Shown here: positions 8,040-17,970 of the stretch, one piece after another | How positions within the stretch are numbered: position 1 is the stretch's first letter | Layout of the letters: every line of letters begins with the position of its first letter | NCBI GenBank assembly: GCA_905479655.1 | Contig: CAJQNK010000123.1 | Span: 26,553-90,552 of the forward strand | DNA length: 64,000 nucleotides | Reading direction: 5' to 3' | DNA from: an uncultured bacterium | GTDB taxonomy: Bacteria > Acidobacteriota > Thermoanaerobaculia > Multivoradales > JAHEKO01 | Made by a program: the position numbers and the translations under genes | The notes under the pieces: model-generated | Databases searched by the model: none | Seen by the model: the letters and a program-made list of their open reading frames with translations, nothing else | What the model was told of the DNA's origin: nothing

Positions 8040-10184
8040 TCAGGGACGCGACCAGGCCCGGGCCAGGGGCGCCACGGCCGGCGCGCCGTCCACGCCGGAC
8101 AGGCGCGACGCCGACGCCGCGGCGCTCTCGAGGGCGCGCGCGGCCTCCACGCCGCCGCGGCCCGTGCGCAGCAGGGCGATCCCGCGCCAAAGGTCCACGG
8201 TCCCCCGCCCGAGGCCCGGCCCCGACGGCGGCTCCAGGGTGCCGAGACGGTCCGCGGCGGCGTCGGGGCGATCGGCCCGGAGGAGGACGAGTGCGCGCAG
8301 CAGCTCCGTGAGCCAGGGGGAGGCGGTGGTGACCTCCGGGGTGTCCGGGCAGGCGAGGACGGCCCACAGGGCCGGGTCCGGCGGACCCCCTCCGTCGGCC
8401 GGGACCAGGGTCGGCACGGGGACGGGAAGCAGTGTGCGGGGGGTCCGGACCGGGCCGCGATGGGTGTCGAGGGTGAGCTCGCCGGCGCCCTCGGCGACGA
8501 GGCTGCGGAAGCTCTCCAGGGTTGCGGGGAGATCGCCCACGGCCGCGATCCGGTCGCCCGGCGCGAGGCCCGCCCGGGCGCCGGGGCCCTCGGCGGCGAC
8601 CGCCACCACCCGCAGGCCGTCCTTCCCGGGGATCTCGACGAGATCGACACCCGTCCACGGAGTGGAGAAGACGATCGGCCGCTCGAGCTCCCGGAGCCAC
8701 GGGGCCTTCCCGGTGCGCGAGTCGATGGCGAAGCGCCGGTGCCAGGGTCGGGCCGGACCGGGTCCTGCCGACCACAGCCACAGGTCCGCCACGTCGGCGT
8801 AGGGCGCTCCGCGCACGGTCACGAGCAGGTAGGCGGAGCCTCCCACCTCGGAGTCGAGGCGGGCCTGCAGGGCGGTCCAGCCGTCGCCCGGGGGTGGCAG
8901 CGCGGCCACGCGCCACGGCTCGTCTCCGAGATGCGCCCAGTCGATGGTCTCGAGACCGAGGGCCGGCTCGGGCTGGCCGTCGTCGTCGGCGGCGGAGGAG
9001 AAGAACCAGCGCTCGGAGCTCCCCAGGTTCTGGGCGATCTGGCCCGCGAGCTCGATCCCCGCGACCCGGTCCTCACCCCCGAAGCCCAGGAACACGAGGG
9101 ACGGGCGCAGGCGCACCAGGAGCCCGACCTCCTGGCGGTCGGCCAGCGGCACCAATCGGCTCCAGGCGCCGCGGGCGCCGGCGCGCACCTCCAGGCGGTA
9201 GCTCCCCGGCGCCAGGGTCAGGACGGCGTCGGCGCCGTCGCCGTGGGCCACGCGCTGTCCGTCGAGGGTCAACGACGAGCCCTCGGGGATGTCGGCGACG
9301 ACGATCCGGCCCCGCGCCGGCTCGAGGACGATCGCCGGTAGACGGTAGTCGGCGAGGCGGTCGAGACGCAGGGCGAGGGTCCGCGGGCGATGACCCGGCG
9401 CCGAGACGGTGACCCGATGGGCGCCGAGCTCGACGGCGACGAGGCGTTCGCCGTTCGCCGAACCTGCGCCATCGCCGGCGGGCGCGCCGTCGACCCGGAC
9501 GGTCGCGCCGGCCGGTCGGACCGAGAGAGACAAGGTCGGAGCGACGCGCTCGAGGTCGGCCTTCAGGACCTCGTCCGCGCTCGCTCCGACGGTGATCCGC
9601 TCCTCGAGAGGCAGGAAGCCGGGGCGTTCGACCCGCACGAGGCGCTCCCCCGCGAGCAGGGGGACCTCGGTCCGCCCGCTCTCGATCTCGACACCGTCCA
9701 CGAGCACCCGGGAGTCCGCCGGGCCGACGCGCAGGATCAGCCGGCCCACCGAGGAGGCTCGCAGGTCCTCGAGGGTCGAGACCAGCTTGGGGGAGACCCG
9801 CTCCTCGTCCAGGCGGAAGCCCGGGTCGATCGTGAGCAGCGTCGCGAGGTCCCGGCTCGCGGCGGGCCCGTCGCCCAGGTTGAAGAGGGCCTCCGAGCGC
9901 AGGGCGAGAGCGCGGGCCAGGATCTCGAGCAGGGCCGGGTCCTCGGCGGTGGCCACGGCGTCGCCCGCGAGCTCGTCGATCACCCGGGAGAGCAGCGGGA
10001 TCGACTCCGGCTGGTCGACCGAGCGGAAGCGCGCCATGGCCTCGTCCATCGAGCTCCGCATCTCGCTCTCGAGGTCCCGCTCCAGGTCCTCGACGACCAT
10101 CTGCCCCCGGACCGGCGGGGGCGCCGAGGCCAGCCCGGCGAGGACGGCGAGGAGAGCGAGCAGGAAGGGCAGCCGGGTCGTCAT
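8040..10184 (-). CDS. Secreted multidomain protein: signal peptide, TPR-like region, three PEGA-like domains, PDZ domain
   Basis: C-terminal 715 codons of the listed 1220-aa ORF; real start ATG at 10184 (MTTRLPFLLALLAVLAGLASA signal peptide) forms an ATGA overlap with the upstream stop; PEGA-like LILRVGPADSRVLVDGVEI...; PDZ-like GLRVVAVAAEGPGARAGLAPGDRIAAV. Confidence 0.7.
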   Translation of the reverse strand: MTTRLPFLLALLAVLAGLASAPPPVRGQMVVEDLERDLESEMRSSMDEAMARFRSVDQPESIPLLSRVIDELAGDAVATAEDPALLEILARALALRSEALFNLGDGPAASRDLATLLTIDPGFRLDEERVSPKLVSTLEDLRASSVGRLILRVGPADSRVLVDGVEIESGRTEVPLLAGERLVRVERPGFLPLEERITVGASADEVLKADLERVAPTLSLSVRPAGATVRVDGAPAGDGAGSANGERLVAVELGAHRVTVSAPGHRPRTLALRLDRLADYRLPAIVLEPARGRIVVADIPEGSSLTLDGQRVAHGDGADAVLTLAPGSYRLEVRAGARGAWSRLVPLADRQEVGLLVRLRPSLVFLGFGGEDRVAGIELAGQIAQNLGSSERWFFSSAADDDGQPEPALGLETIDWAHLGDEPWRVAALPPPGDGWTALQARLDSEVGGSAYLLVTVRGAPYADVADLWLWSAGPGPARPWHRRFAIDSRTGKAPWLRELERPIVFSTPWTGVDLVEIPGKDGLRVVAVAAEGPGARAGLAPGDRIAAVGDLPATLESFRSLVAEGAGELTLDTHRGPVRTPRTLLPVPVPTLVPADGGGPPDPALWAVLACPDTPEVTTASPWLTELLRALVLLRADRPDAAADRLGTLEPPSGPGLGRGTVDLWRGIALLRTGRGGVEAARALESAAASASRLSGVDGAPAVAPLARAWSRP

Positions 10185-11692
10185 TCGATCACCACCACTC
10201 CCCGCAGGCCGCGGTCCGCGATGTACAGACGGCCGGCGCCGTCGACGGCGAGGTCCTGGGGCGCGTCCAGCCGGACGCCGCCCGGAAGATCGGGGCCGAG
10301 ACGCTCCAGGAGCTCGCCGGAGGCCGAGTAGACGCCGACGCTCCGGGAGCCTCGGTCGAGCACGTAGACGTTCGCGGCGGAGTCCACGGCGAGGGCGGCC
10401 GGTCGCTGGCCCACGCCGAGCGCGACGGTGCCGAGGGCCGACCCGTCCGCGGCGAAGCGCTCGACGGCGGATCGTTTCCGGTCCAGCACGTAGAGGCAGC
10501 CGGCGACTCCCGCGGCGACGTCCGCCGGCTCCGTGCTCGTCGGCGAGACGAGGTCCCGGGGAGTCGAGCCTGGCGAGGACGGGAACAGCGTGACCCGGCC
10601 GCGGCCCCAGAGGACCGCGACGGCGCCCGCCCCGGAGGGCGCTCCAGCCTCGAGGTCCGCGGCCTGCCGATCGGGTCTCGCCGGGTCGGCCAGGGCGGTG
10701 TCCTCGGCCGGGTTGAGGGAGAGGAGGGCGTCGCCCGCGGCGAGCCACGCCGCACCGTCGGCGCCCCAGAAGGGCCGTCCGGAGGGCAGGTCGTCGCGCC
10801 GCGCGGCGATCCGTCCGCCGTCGTCGAGGACGAGGAGGGCGTCGAGCGATCGGTCGCTCACCAGGAGTCGCCCCTCGTCGTCGACGGCGACGCCCTCCGG
10901 TCTCCGGAGCTCCGCGCCCAGGACCCGCGCCGTCCTCCATCGACTCTCGCCGGCCAGGGGGCGGACGACCAGCCTCTCGACCAGGGCGAGTCTCCGCCCG
11001 GCTCGCGCCGCCTCGCTGCCTTCGGCCCCTCGGTCGCGCACGCTCTGCAGGTGCCGGGCCGCGTCGGCCCACTCGCCCCGGGCCAGGAGGATCTCGGCCA
11101 GGCCGACGGCGGCCCGCTCCGACCAGGGTGAGGCCAGGGTGTCGAGAAGCGCCGCGGCGAAGGCCGCCTCGGCGGCGAGCGAGTCGCCGAGCCGACGGTC
11201 GATCTCTCCGATCCGCACCTGGGCGGCGACGCGCCAGGGGAGCCCGGGCCAGCGGCCGACGGGGTAGGTTTGGACGACCTCGCGAAAGCCGCGGCGGGCC
11301 GCCTCGAGGTCGACGCCGGAGCCCACGGCCTGGAGGTCGAGGTCCGCGACCAGCCACCGCGCCCCGGCCGCCCACGGTGTCTCGGGCTGGACCCGGGCCA
11401 GCTCCGCGGCGCGCCGTCTCGCGGCGTCCCGGAGCCCGAGCCGACGCTCGACGTGGGAGGCCTCGAGGCTGGCGGCCGCGGCCGTCGGCCCGTCCCCGTC
11501 GCCCGCCAGATCGACGTAGGCGCGCAACGCGTCGTCGAGCCGCCCCGCGTCCGCGAGCCGCGCGGCCGCCTCGAGGGCGCGTTCGCCGGCCGGTGGCAGG
11601 GCACGGGCGCCCTGGCCCGACCCCAGCGCCAGGAGCACCGTCAAGAAGGCCAACCCGAGGCGGCCGGGGAGGTGCCGGAGGAGAGGCGTCAT
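10181..11692 (-). CDS. Secreted TPR plus NHL-repeat (six-bladed beta-propeller) protein
   Basis: Start MTPLLRHLPGRLGLAFLTVLLALG (ATG at 11692, ATGA overlap with upstream stop); NHL-like blades (LYVLDRKRSAVERF, VYVLDRGSRSVGVY, LYIADRGLRGVVVIE). Confidence 0.75.
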   Translation of the reverse strand: MTPLLRHLPGRLGLAFLTVLLALGSGQGARALPPAGERALEAAARLADAGRLDDALRAYVDLAGDGDGPTAAAASLEASHVERRLGLRDAARRRAAELARVQPETPWAAGARWLVADLDLQAVGSGVDLEAARRGFREVVQTYPVGRWPGLPWRVAAQVRIGEIDRRLGDSLAAEAAFAAALLDTLASPWSERAAVGLAEILLARGEWADAARHLQSVRDRGAEGSEAARAGRRLALVERLVVRPLAGESRWRTARVLGAELRRPEGVAVDDEGRLLVSDRSLDALLVLDDGGRIAARRDDLPSGRPFWGADGAAWLAAGDALLSLNPAEDTALADPARPDRQAADLEAGAPSGAGAVAVLWGRGRVTLFPSSPGSTPRDLVSPTSTEPADVAAGVAGCLYVLDRKRSAVERFAADGSALGTVALGVGQRPAALAVDSAANVYVLDRGSRSVGVYSASGELLERLGPDLPGGVRLDAPQDLAVDGAGRLYIADRGLRGVVVIE

Positions 11693-12753
11693 CCGCCCGC
11701 ACCCCCGCCCGTGGCGGAGACGACGAAACGCTCGGTCTCCGGCGTCACCTCGACCTCGACCGTCCGCTGGGCGCCCAGTTGGTCCCAGACGAAGGTGAGC
11801 TGGTGCGAGCCGAGGGGCAGGGCGACGTCCGCGGGCAGCCAGTCGATCTCCCGGCCGTCGACGGACAGCCGGCAGCGGCTCGGTTGCGCCATGACCCGTA
11901 CGGTGACGACCCCCGGCAGCCGGAGGTCGCGGGTCTCGTTCGGCGCTAGGTCGAGGGTGAGGCGCTCCTCGTAGACGACGGAGGCGCTGCGCAGCACCAC
12001 CTCGCGCCGGCCGGGCTTGAGGGAGATGGCCTGTCGGCCCTCGACGTTCCAGGTCTGGCCGCCGGTGGTGAGGCGGACCGGGAAGGGCGCGTGGACCACC
12101 AGGGTGGCGGGTAGGACGACCTCGCGCAGCGGGAAGAACAGCTCTCGCTGCTCGCGCTGGGAGTCGCGCAGGTCCGCGAGACGAAAGGTGAGGCTCTCTT
12201 CGTGAAAGTCTGCGAGCTCGATTCTCAACCGATGCCTGGCGTCGGGGTCGAGCGCCACGGTCAGCGGCGTGACCCCCGGGAGGTGCTGGTCGCCGAGGTA
12301 GACGGTGGCCCCCGCGGGCCGGCTGACGACGCGGAACTCGACCGGGGGGCGTTGGAGACGGGGCACCCAGCGCTCCGGCAGGCCGGGACCCACCTCGACC
12401 TCGCGCTCGGCGACGATCTCGCCGTCGCGCACCAGGTAGATGCTCGCCGTCCGTCCCTCGGGCCCCTCGAGCTGCACGGTGGTCGGCGTCGTGCCGCGGG
12501 TGGACCCGTCCACGAGGATCTCGACCCCCGTGGGGTCGCTGGAGACCTCCAGGGGCCAGGTGGCGACGGCCGGGGGCTCCGGCTCCGGACGGGAGAGTGG
12601 TGGAGCCGCGAACCAGGCGGCCAGGCCCAAGGCGGCGAGGATGCCGATCGCCGCGACCCAACGTCCCAGCCGCGGCGGCCGGCGTCGGGGGCGCTCGGAT
12701 CCGCGGCGGGTCGGCCGGGACGAGGTCGAAAGCTCCAATTCGTCGATGTTCAA
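11689..12753 (-). CDS. Single-pass membrane protein with periplasmic PEGA domains
   Basis: Arg-rich N-terminus, TM helix WVAAIGILAALGLAAWFA, PEGA motifs (VEILVDGSTRGTTP, ATVYLGDQHLPGVTP); TTG start at 12753 (no in-frame ATG); start uncertain. Confidence 0.6.
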   Translation of the reverse strand: MNIDELELSTSSRPTRRGSERPRRRPPRLGRWVAAIGILAALGLAAWFAAPPLSRPEPEPPAVATWPLEVSSDPTGVEILVDGSTRGTTPTTVQLEGPEGRTASIYLVRDGEIVAEREVEVGPGLPERWVPRLQRPPVEFRVVSRPAGATVYLGDQHLPGVTPLTVALDPDARHRLRIELADFHEESLTFRLADLRDSQREQRELFFPLREVVLPATLVVHAPFPVRLTTGGQTWNVEGRQAISLKPGRREVVLRSASVVYEERLTLDLAPNETRDLRLPGVVTVRVMAQPSRCRLSVDGREIDWLPADVALPLGSHQLTFVWDQLGAQRTVEVEVTPETERFVVSATGGGAGG

Positions 12754-12923
12754 GGGCCTCTCCAGCGGCTCATCATAGCGTCCGCGTTCCGCTCTCGGGC
12801 CGGGGCCCGGGGGTCTCGGCCTGGGGTATCCTTCGCGACGTTGCCTCGACTGATTTTCCCGAAGCCGGCGTTCCCGCCGATCTGCCGGCGCCGGTGACTC
12901 CCGATTCGGAGGTCTCTCCCCCC

Positions 12924-14180
12924 GTGTCCGATCCTCGTTCAGGTCGTCGTATCGCGCTGCTCTGCCAGCACTTCTATCCCGAACTGATCTCGACCGGCAT
13001 GCACATGACGGAGCTGGCCGAGAGCCTGACGCGTCTCGGTTGGCAGATCACCGTCTTCTGCGCCCAGCCGACCCTGGATCTCGAGGGGAAGAGCGAGAAG
13101 GTGCCCCGCGAGATCGAGCACGAGGGGGTCCGCGTGCTGCGGGTCTCCGCCTGGGGCTCGCACGGCGCCGGCCTCGCCGCCCGGCTGGCGTTCGCCGTCA
13201 CCTACCTGCTGTCGACCCTCGTGGCCGTCTTCCGCCACCGCCGTTCGTTCGATGCGGTCCTGGTGACGACCAACCCGCCGTTCCTGGGCCTCGTGGGGCG
13301 CATCCTCCGGCTCGTCGGGGGGCCGCCCTACGCCGTCATCGTGTACGACGTGTACCCGGACCTGGCGGTGCGGCTCGGCGTCCTCGGCCGGCGCTCTCCC
13401 GCGGCCTGGCTCTGGGAGCGCGTCACGCGGACGATCCTGAAGGGGGCGGCGAGCCTGGTCGTCATCGGCCGGGACATGGAGAAGCTGATCCGGGGCAAGC
13501 TCCCGGCCCGGCTCCACGGCCTCACGACCCTGATCCCCAACTGGTCCGACGAGAGCCTGGTGCGGCCCGTGCCGCGCGACGAGAACCCGTTCCGGGCGGA
13601 GCACGGTCTCCAGGAGCGCACCGTCGTCCAGTACTCGGGGCGCATGGCGCGGACCCACAACCTGGAGCCGCTCGTCGAGGCGGTGGAGCACCTGCGGGAT
13701 CTGCCGATCACGGTGCTCATGATCGGCGACGGGGCCAAGAAGAAGGTGTTGCAGCGCATCGCCGAGGAGCGGGGGCTCGACAACGTCATGTTCCTGCCGT
13801 ACCAGCCGCGGGAGCACCTGCACGAGGTGCTGTCGGCGGCCGATCTGGCGGTCGTCTGCCTGGGGAGCCGCTACACGGGGGTCTCGGTGCCCAGCAAGAC
13901 CTACGGCATCATGGCCGCCGGCGTGCCGATCCTGGCCTTCGTCGATCGGGAGAGCGAGATCGGCCTCGCCGTCGAGGAGGAGGCCTGCGGGTTCGTGCTG
14001 CCCGATCCCACCCCGGAGGGCGTCGCCGAGCTGTTGGCGGGTCTGGCCGCCGAGCCCGAGCGTCTGGAGGCCATGGCGGCGGCGAGCCGCCGTGCCTTCG
14101 AGTCGAACTACACCCTGAGCCTGTCGGCGCGGCGCTACTCGGAGATGCTCGAGCGGGTGATCGCCGGGGGGACGGAGTGA
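12924..14180 (+). CDS. Glycosyltransferase family 4 (GT-B)
   Basis: GTG start at 12924 after GGAGG; N-terminal IALLCQHFYPE, C-terminal GT4 E-x7-E region (PSKTYGIMAAGVPILAF); the 5' part of the listed ORF 12597.. is non-coding. Confidence 0.8.
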   Translation: MSDPRSGRRIALLCQHFYPELISTGMHMTELAESLTRLGWQITVFCAQPTLDLEGKSEKVPREIEHEGVRVLRVSAWGSHGAGLAARLAFAVTYLLSTLVAVFRHRRSFDAVLVTTNPPFLGLVGRILRLVGGPPYAVIVYDVYPDLAVRLGVLGRRSPAAWLWERVTRTILKGAASLVVIGRDMEKLIRGKLPARLHGLTTLIPNWSDESLVRPVPRDENPFRAEHGLQERTVVQYSGRMARTHNLEPLVEAVEHLRDLPITVLMIGDGAKKKVLQRIAEERGLDNVMFLPYQPREHLHEVLSAADLAVVCLGSRYTGVSVPSKTYGIMAAGVPILAFVDRESEIGLAVEEEACGFVLPDPTPEGVAELLAGLAAEPERLEAMAAASRRAFESNYTLSLSARRYSEMLERVIAGGTE

Positions 14181-15235
14181 GACTCCTGGTGACCGGCTCG
14201 GCCGGTTTCATCGGCTCGGCGCTGGCGCCGCTCCTGGCCGCCGCCGGCCACCAGGTGGCGGGCGCCGACCGCCGGAGCGGAGACGGCCTGGGCCTGGAGC
14301 GCCAGGTACGGGGGGATCTCCTGGATCCCTCGGTCCTGGAGGATGCCCTCGACGGCCCCGATCCCGAGCGGAACCCCGGGGTCGACGCGGTGCTGCACCT
14401 GGCGGCCGCCAAGGACGACTGGGGACTGGCCCCGGAGGAGTTCCATCGCGACAACATCGAGCTGACGGAGAAGCTGGTGGAGTCCGGTGGACGTCGGGGT
14501 GTCGAGAGCTGGATCTTCCTGAGCACGGTCGCCGTCATCGGGCCGAGCTCGGAGGCCGCGACGGAGGAGACCCCGGCCGAGGCCACCGACCCGTACGGGG
14601 GCTCCAAGGTGGCCGGCGAGCGCCTGTTTCGGGAGCTGGCCCGGCAGGACCCGGCGGTGCGGGTCGGAGTCCTCCGACCCTCGATCGTCTACGGCCCGGG
14701 CAACTACCCCTACACGAACATCTACCGCCTGATCGAGGCGCTCCACACCGGCCGCTTCGTGATGATCGGGCGGGGGGAGACGCTGAAGACCTTCTCCTAC
14801 GTCGAGAATCTCAACGCGGCCACCGTCTGGCTCCTGGAGCACCTGCGCCCAGGAGTCCAGACCTACATCTGCGTCGACGAGCCGCGGCTCACGACCCGCC
14901 ATCTCGTGGACCGGCTCTGCGACCTGCTCGGCCGCCGCCCGCCCCGTGCCTACCTCCCGCGGTGGATCGCCGAGCCGCTGGCCTGGCCGGCCGACCTGGC
15001 GGCCCGCTGGACCGGGATCAACTTCCCGATCACGGCGGCTCGGGTGCGCAAGTTCTGCACGCCGACCAACTACGATCCGGCGGCGCTCCTGGCCGCCGGT
15101 TTCGACCCCCCGGTGGACAACGACGAGGCCCTCCGACGGACCGTCGAGTGGCATCTCGCGGAGCGGGAGCGACTTCGGGGCCTGCCGCGGAAGAGCGACC
15201 TGCCCGGGCATTCGGACGGGCACTCGGACGTCTGA
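14177..15235 (+). CDS. NAD-dependent epimerase/dehydratase (SDR family)
   Basis: GTG start overlaps the GT4 stop (GTGA); LVTGSAGFIGS Rossmann motif and YGGSK catalytic Tyr/Lys. Confidence 0.8.
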   Translation: MRLLVTGSAGFIGSALAPLLAAAGHQVAGADRRSGDGLGLERQVRGDLLDPSVLEDALDGPDPERNPGVDAVLHLAAAKDDWGLAPEEFHRDNIELTEKLVESGGRRGVESWIFLSTVAVIGPSSEAATEETPAEATDPYGGSKVAGERLFRELARQDPAVRVGVLRPSIVYGPGNYPYTNIYRLIEALHTGRFVMIGRGETLKTFSYVENLNAATVWLLEHLRPGVQTYICVDEPRLTTRHLVDRLCDLLGRRPPRAYLPRWIAEPLAWPADLAARWTGINFPITAARVRKFCTPTNYDPAALLAAGFDPPVDNDEALRRTVEWHLAERERLRGLPRKSDLPGHSDGHSDV

Positions 15236-15431
15236 CGGCTCCCGCCCCGGCGCGGAGGGGTTCGTGGCCGTTCGTGTCATACTCTCGGCTCGCCTCCCAG
15301 TTCCCAGGAGCTCGCCGCGGTCGCCGGAACGGGCCGCGGAGATCGACGACCCCGGTGCGGGCCGCCCGGGCCGCCGCCTTCGGGCGCGGATCCTCGCGCG
15401 GCGGGCCCGCGCCGAGAGAGGAGTGAATCCG

Positions 15432-15833
15432 ATGAAGAGTGCGAACCGGGCCACCGTACCCGCCCTGGCGGGCGTCCTTCTCGCGGTCCTGCTCGCCGGG
15501 CCGCCCGTGGGGCTGCCCGGGGGGCCGTCCGCGTCGGCCGCCGTGCCGAGTGCCCCGATGCTCACGGACGCGCAGGTGGACGCCCTGTTGCTGGCGGCCG
15601 AGGAGCTCGCGACCGACCTCCACGAGCTGCGCTCGCTGCCGCGCGACGCCGAACATGCCGAGCGGATCCTGGCGGCTCGGGAGCGGGCCGGCCGCAGCCT
15701 GGAGTCCCTGCTCGAGGCCGCCGGCCTCACGAAGGAAGAGCTGACCCGGCTGATCGACGCCGGCAGCGTGCAGAGGAGCGTGGAGGAGACCGGTGAGCCC
15801 ATCTTGCGCCCTCTCGACGACGCTCGGCGCTAG
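15432..15833 (+). CDS. Small secreted hypothetical protein (133 aa)
   Basis: ATG after GAGAGGAG; signal peptide MKSANRATVPALAGVLLAVLLAG; Ala/Leu-rich helical remainder. Confidence 0.5.
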   Translation: MKSANRATVPALAGVLLAVLLAGPPVGLPGGPSASAAVPSAPMLTDAQVDALLLAAEELATDLHELRSLPRDAEHAERILAARERAGRSLESLLEAAGLTKEELTRLIDAGSVQRSVEETGEPILRPLDDARR

Positions 15834-16941
15834 CCTGCTGATCGTCGTCGGCGCCGTGGTCGCGGCGGGCCAGGAGCCCGCGCGGCAGGTGGTGGCCACG
15901 ATCGACGGGCGCGCCATCCACCTGGACGAGGTCGAGCCCCGGCTGGGTCTCGAGGCGTACCGGCTGCAGGCGGATCTGCATCGACTCCTGGAGCGCGGCG
16001 TCCGCGAGCTGGTCGACGACCGCCTCCTGGCACGCGAGGCCGACCGGCGTGGCGTGACGGTGGAGGAGTTCCTCGTCGCCGAGGTCGACGCTCACCTGGC
16101 GCAGGTCGGGGACGCGGAGGTCGACGCCTACCTGGCGGCCCGCGACCGGTCCGGCGACGGGCCCGAGGTGCGCACGCGGGTGCGTTCGTATCTCGAGGAG
16201 CGGGCGCGCATCGCGCGCCGTCTCGAGGTGCTCGCGGAGTTGCGCTCCGGGGTCGACCTGGAGCTGCTCGTCGAGCCGCCCGCACCGCCGCGCGTCGCTA
16301 TCGATCTCGCCGGGCTCCCCCGCAGGGGAGCGGACCAGCCCGACGTCTCCGTGGTCCACTTCGCCGGGTTCCGTTGCCCACGGTGCGCCGAGAGCGCCCG
16401 CTGGCTGGAGGCGTTGGTGGACGAGCATCCCGAGCGGGTCGCGTGGTTTCATCACAGTGCGCTGAGCCGCGTCGACGACCTTGCCCTGTCCGCGGCGGAG
16501 CTGGCCGCGGAGGCGCAGGCCGCCGGTCGGTTCTGGCCGGTCCACGACCGGTTGATGGCCTACGAGGGTCGCTTGACGACCGACGACCTGGGTCTCCTGG
16601 CCGCGGACGCGGGACTCGCCGAGGTGGCGACGCCCGAGGCCCTCGCCGGGGTCGTCGCGAGCCGCCGCGCCGACCTCGGCCGCGAGCTCGCCGAGGCCGA
16701 GCGCCTGGGCGTGAGCCAGGCGCCGGTGGTCTTCGTCAACGGCCGCTACTTCCACCCTTCTTTCGGCCGCGAGGCCCTGGAGGAGCTGGTGGCCGACGAG
16801 CTGGCGCGCACCGCGCCCGCCGCGTCGGTCGCCTCTCCCGCGGGTGACGGCGGCCGATCCGAATCCGAAACCGAATCCGAGACGTTCGATCCGCCGGCCG
16901 CAGCCGGCAGGGAGGAGTCCCATGTCCCCGAGATACCGTAG
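15793..16941 (+). CDS. Periplasmic thiol:disulfide oxidoreductase (DsbA-like thioredoxin domain, C-P-R-C) with N-terminal SurA-N-like chaperone domain
   Basis: FAGFRCPRCAESARW CxxC motif; N-terminal membrane anchor; C-terminal SESETESET low-complexity tail. Confidence 0.7.
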   Translation: MSPSCALSTTLGASLLIVVGAVVAAGQEPARQVVATIDGRAIHLDEVEPRLGLEAYRLQADLHRLLERGVRELVDDRLLAREADRRGVTVEEFLVAEVDAHLAQVGDAEVDAYLAARDRSGDGPEVRTRVRSYLEERARIARRLEVLAELRSGVDLELLVEPPAPPRVAIDLAGLPRRGADQPDVSVVHFAGFRCPRCAESARWLEALVDEHPERVAWFHHSALSRVDDLALSAAELAAEAQAAGRFWPVHDRLMAYEGRLTTDDLGLLAADAGLAEVATPEALAGVVASRRADLGRELAEAERLGVSQAPVVFVNGRYFHPSFGREALEELVADELARTAPAASVASPAGDGGRSESETESETFDPPAAAGREESHVPEIP

Positions 16942-17806
16942 TTTCGCCGCCCTCCTCGCGCTCGCCCTGGCGCTGGTCCCGGCCGTGCCCCCCGTGGCCG
17001 CCCAGCAGCTGGCGCCCAACCGGATCTCGTCTACGGGCGACAGCATCACGGAGGCCATCGACGCGGAGCTGCCGCTAGCCAACCATTGGGCGAGCTGGGC
17101 CGGCGGCTACAGCAACTTCTGGACCCGGTTGTTCGGCCTGGCGGACGTCCGCAGCCACAACCAGCGGATCGACTTCTTCATCAACCCCGGAGGCCGGGCG
17201 AACTTCATCGAGGCCAAGAGCGGGGCCGACAGCTTCGACTTCCCGGGCCAGGCGCTCCAGGCGGTCGATCACGCGGCCGCCTACGTGACCGTCTTCATGG
17301 GCCACAACGACGTCTGCCAGAACGACTTCGCCGACATCCCGACGGACGCGGAGTTCGAGGCGAACATGCGCGCGGGCCTGGAGAGCCTGCGCACGGGTCT
17401 GCCCGTCGGCGCCACGGTCTACGTCGTGAGCATCGTCGACATCTACAAGCTCTGGGAGCTGGGCGACGAGCTGACCGCCCTGGGCCTCCTCGATTGCGAG
17501 CTCCTGTGGAGTCTCACCCTCCTCGAGCTCTTCCCCTGCGGGACCATGCTCAGCCCCCTCAACAGCGAGGAGGACCGACAGTTCACGAGGGGCCGCAACA
17601 TCGCGTTCAACGAGATCCTGTCGGCCCTGGTCGACGAGTACTCGCAGGCCGACCCGGAGCACTACTACTTCTACACGGGCTCGATCTTCGACACCGAATT
17701 CGTCGCCGACGACATCTCGTGGATCGACTGCTTCCACCCGAGCCCGCGGGGCCAGAAGAAGCTCTCCCACAAGACCTGGAATGTCGGCCCGTTCGCCGAT
17801 TTCTGA
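16922..17806 (+). CDS. Secreted SGNH/GDSL-family hydrolase
   Basis: GGGAGGAG then ATG at 16922; signal peptide MSPRYRSFAALLALALALVPA; GDSIT block I, GHNDV block III, DCFHPS block V. Confidence 0.75.
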   Translation: MSPRYRSFAALLALALALVPAVPPVAAQQLAPNRISSTGDSITEAIDAELPLANHWASWAGGYSNFWTRLFGLADVRSHNQRIDFFINPGGRANFIEAKSGADSFDFPGQALQAVDHAAAYVTVFMGHNDVCQNDFADIPTDAEFEANMRAGLESLRTGLPVGATVYVVSIVDIYKLWELGDELTALGLLDCELLWSLTLLELFPCGTMLSPLNSEEDRQFTRGRNIAFNEILSALVDEYSQADPEHYYFYTGSIFDTEFVADDISWIDCFHPSPRGQKKLSHKTWNVGPFADF

Positions 17807-17970
17807 GCGCGAGGGGCGACCGGGGTGTCGGGCCGGTCGCGGCCGGTCGACCCTCGCTGCTCCGCCGCCGGTTGTCTTGGTAGACTTCCCCGACGTCTGA
17901 CACTCTCCTGACGGGCGATGCCTACTTTCCCCCAGAGTGTCGGGCGCACGGTGCTCGGAGGAGTTGCGCG

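Noticed and set aside
8040-11702. Single 1220-aa minus-strand ORF
   Set aside because: The N-terminal 500 codons are an alternative frame of the real TPR/NHL gene. A signal peptide and an ATGA junction at 10184 define the true start of the downstream gene.
12754-12923. Divergent spacer between the PEGA operon and GT4, searched for promoters
   Set aside because: Only a weak TATGAT on the minus strand 15 nt from the TTG start, with no convincing -35. Too weak to report.
17816-17840. Hairpin GCGACCGG-N9-CCGGTCGC right after the GDSL hydrolase stop, considered as a terminator
   Set aside because: No U-tract follows, and the next gene (the response regulator) is co-directional 130 nt away. It could still be an RNA structure, but it is not a canonical intrinsic terminator.
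17860-17880. GTCTTGGTAGAC mini-palindrome upstream of the response regulator, with TTGTCT...GGTAGACT recurring near 60234/60291
   Set aside because: Arms are only 4 bp. The second site has 48-nt spacing and does not form the same structure. Judged coincidental without genome-wide support.
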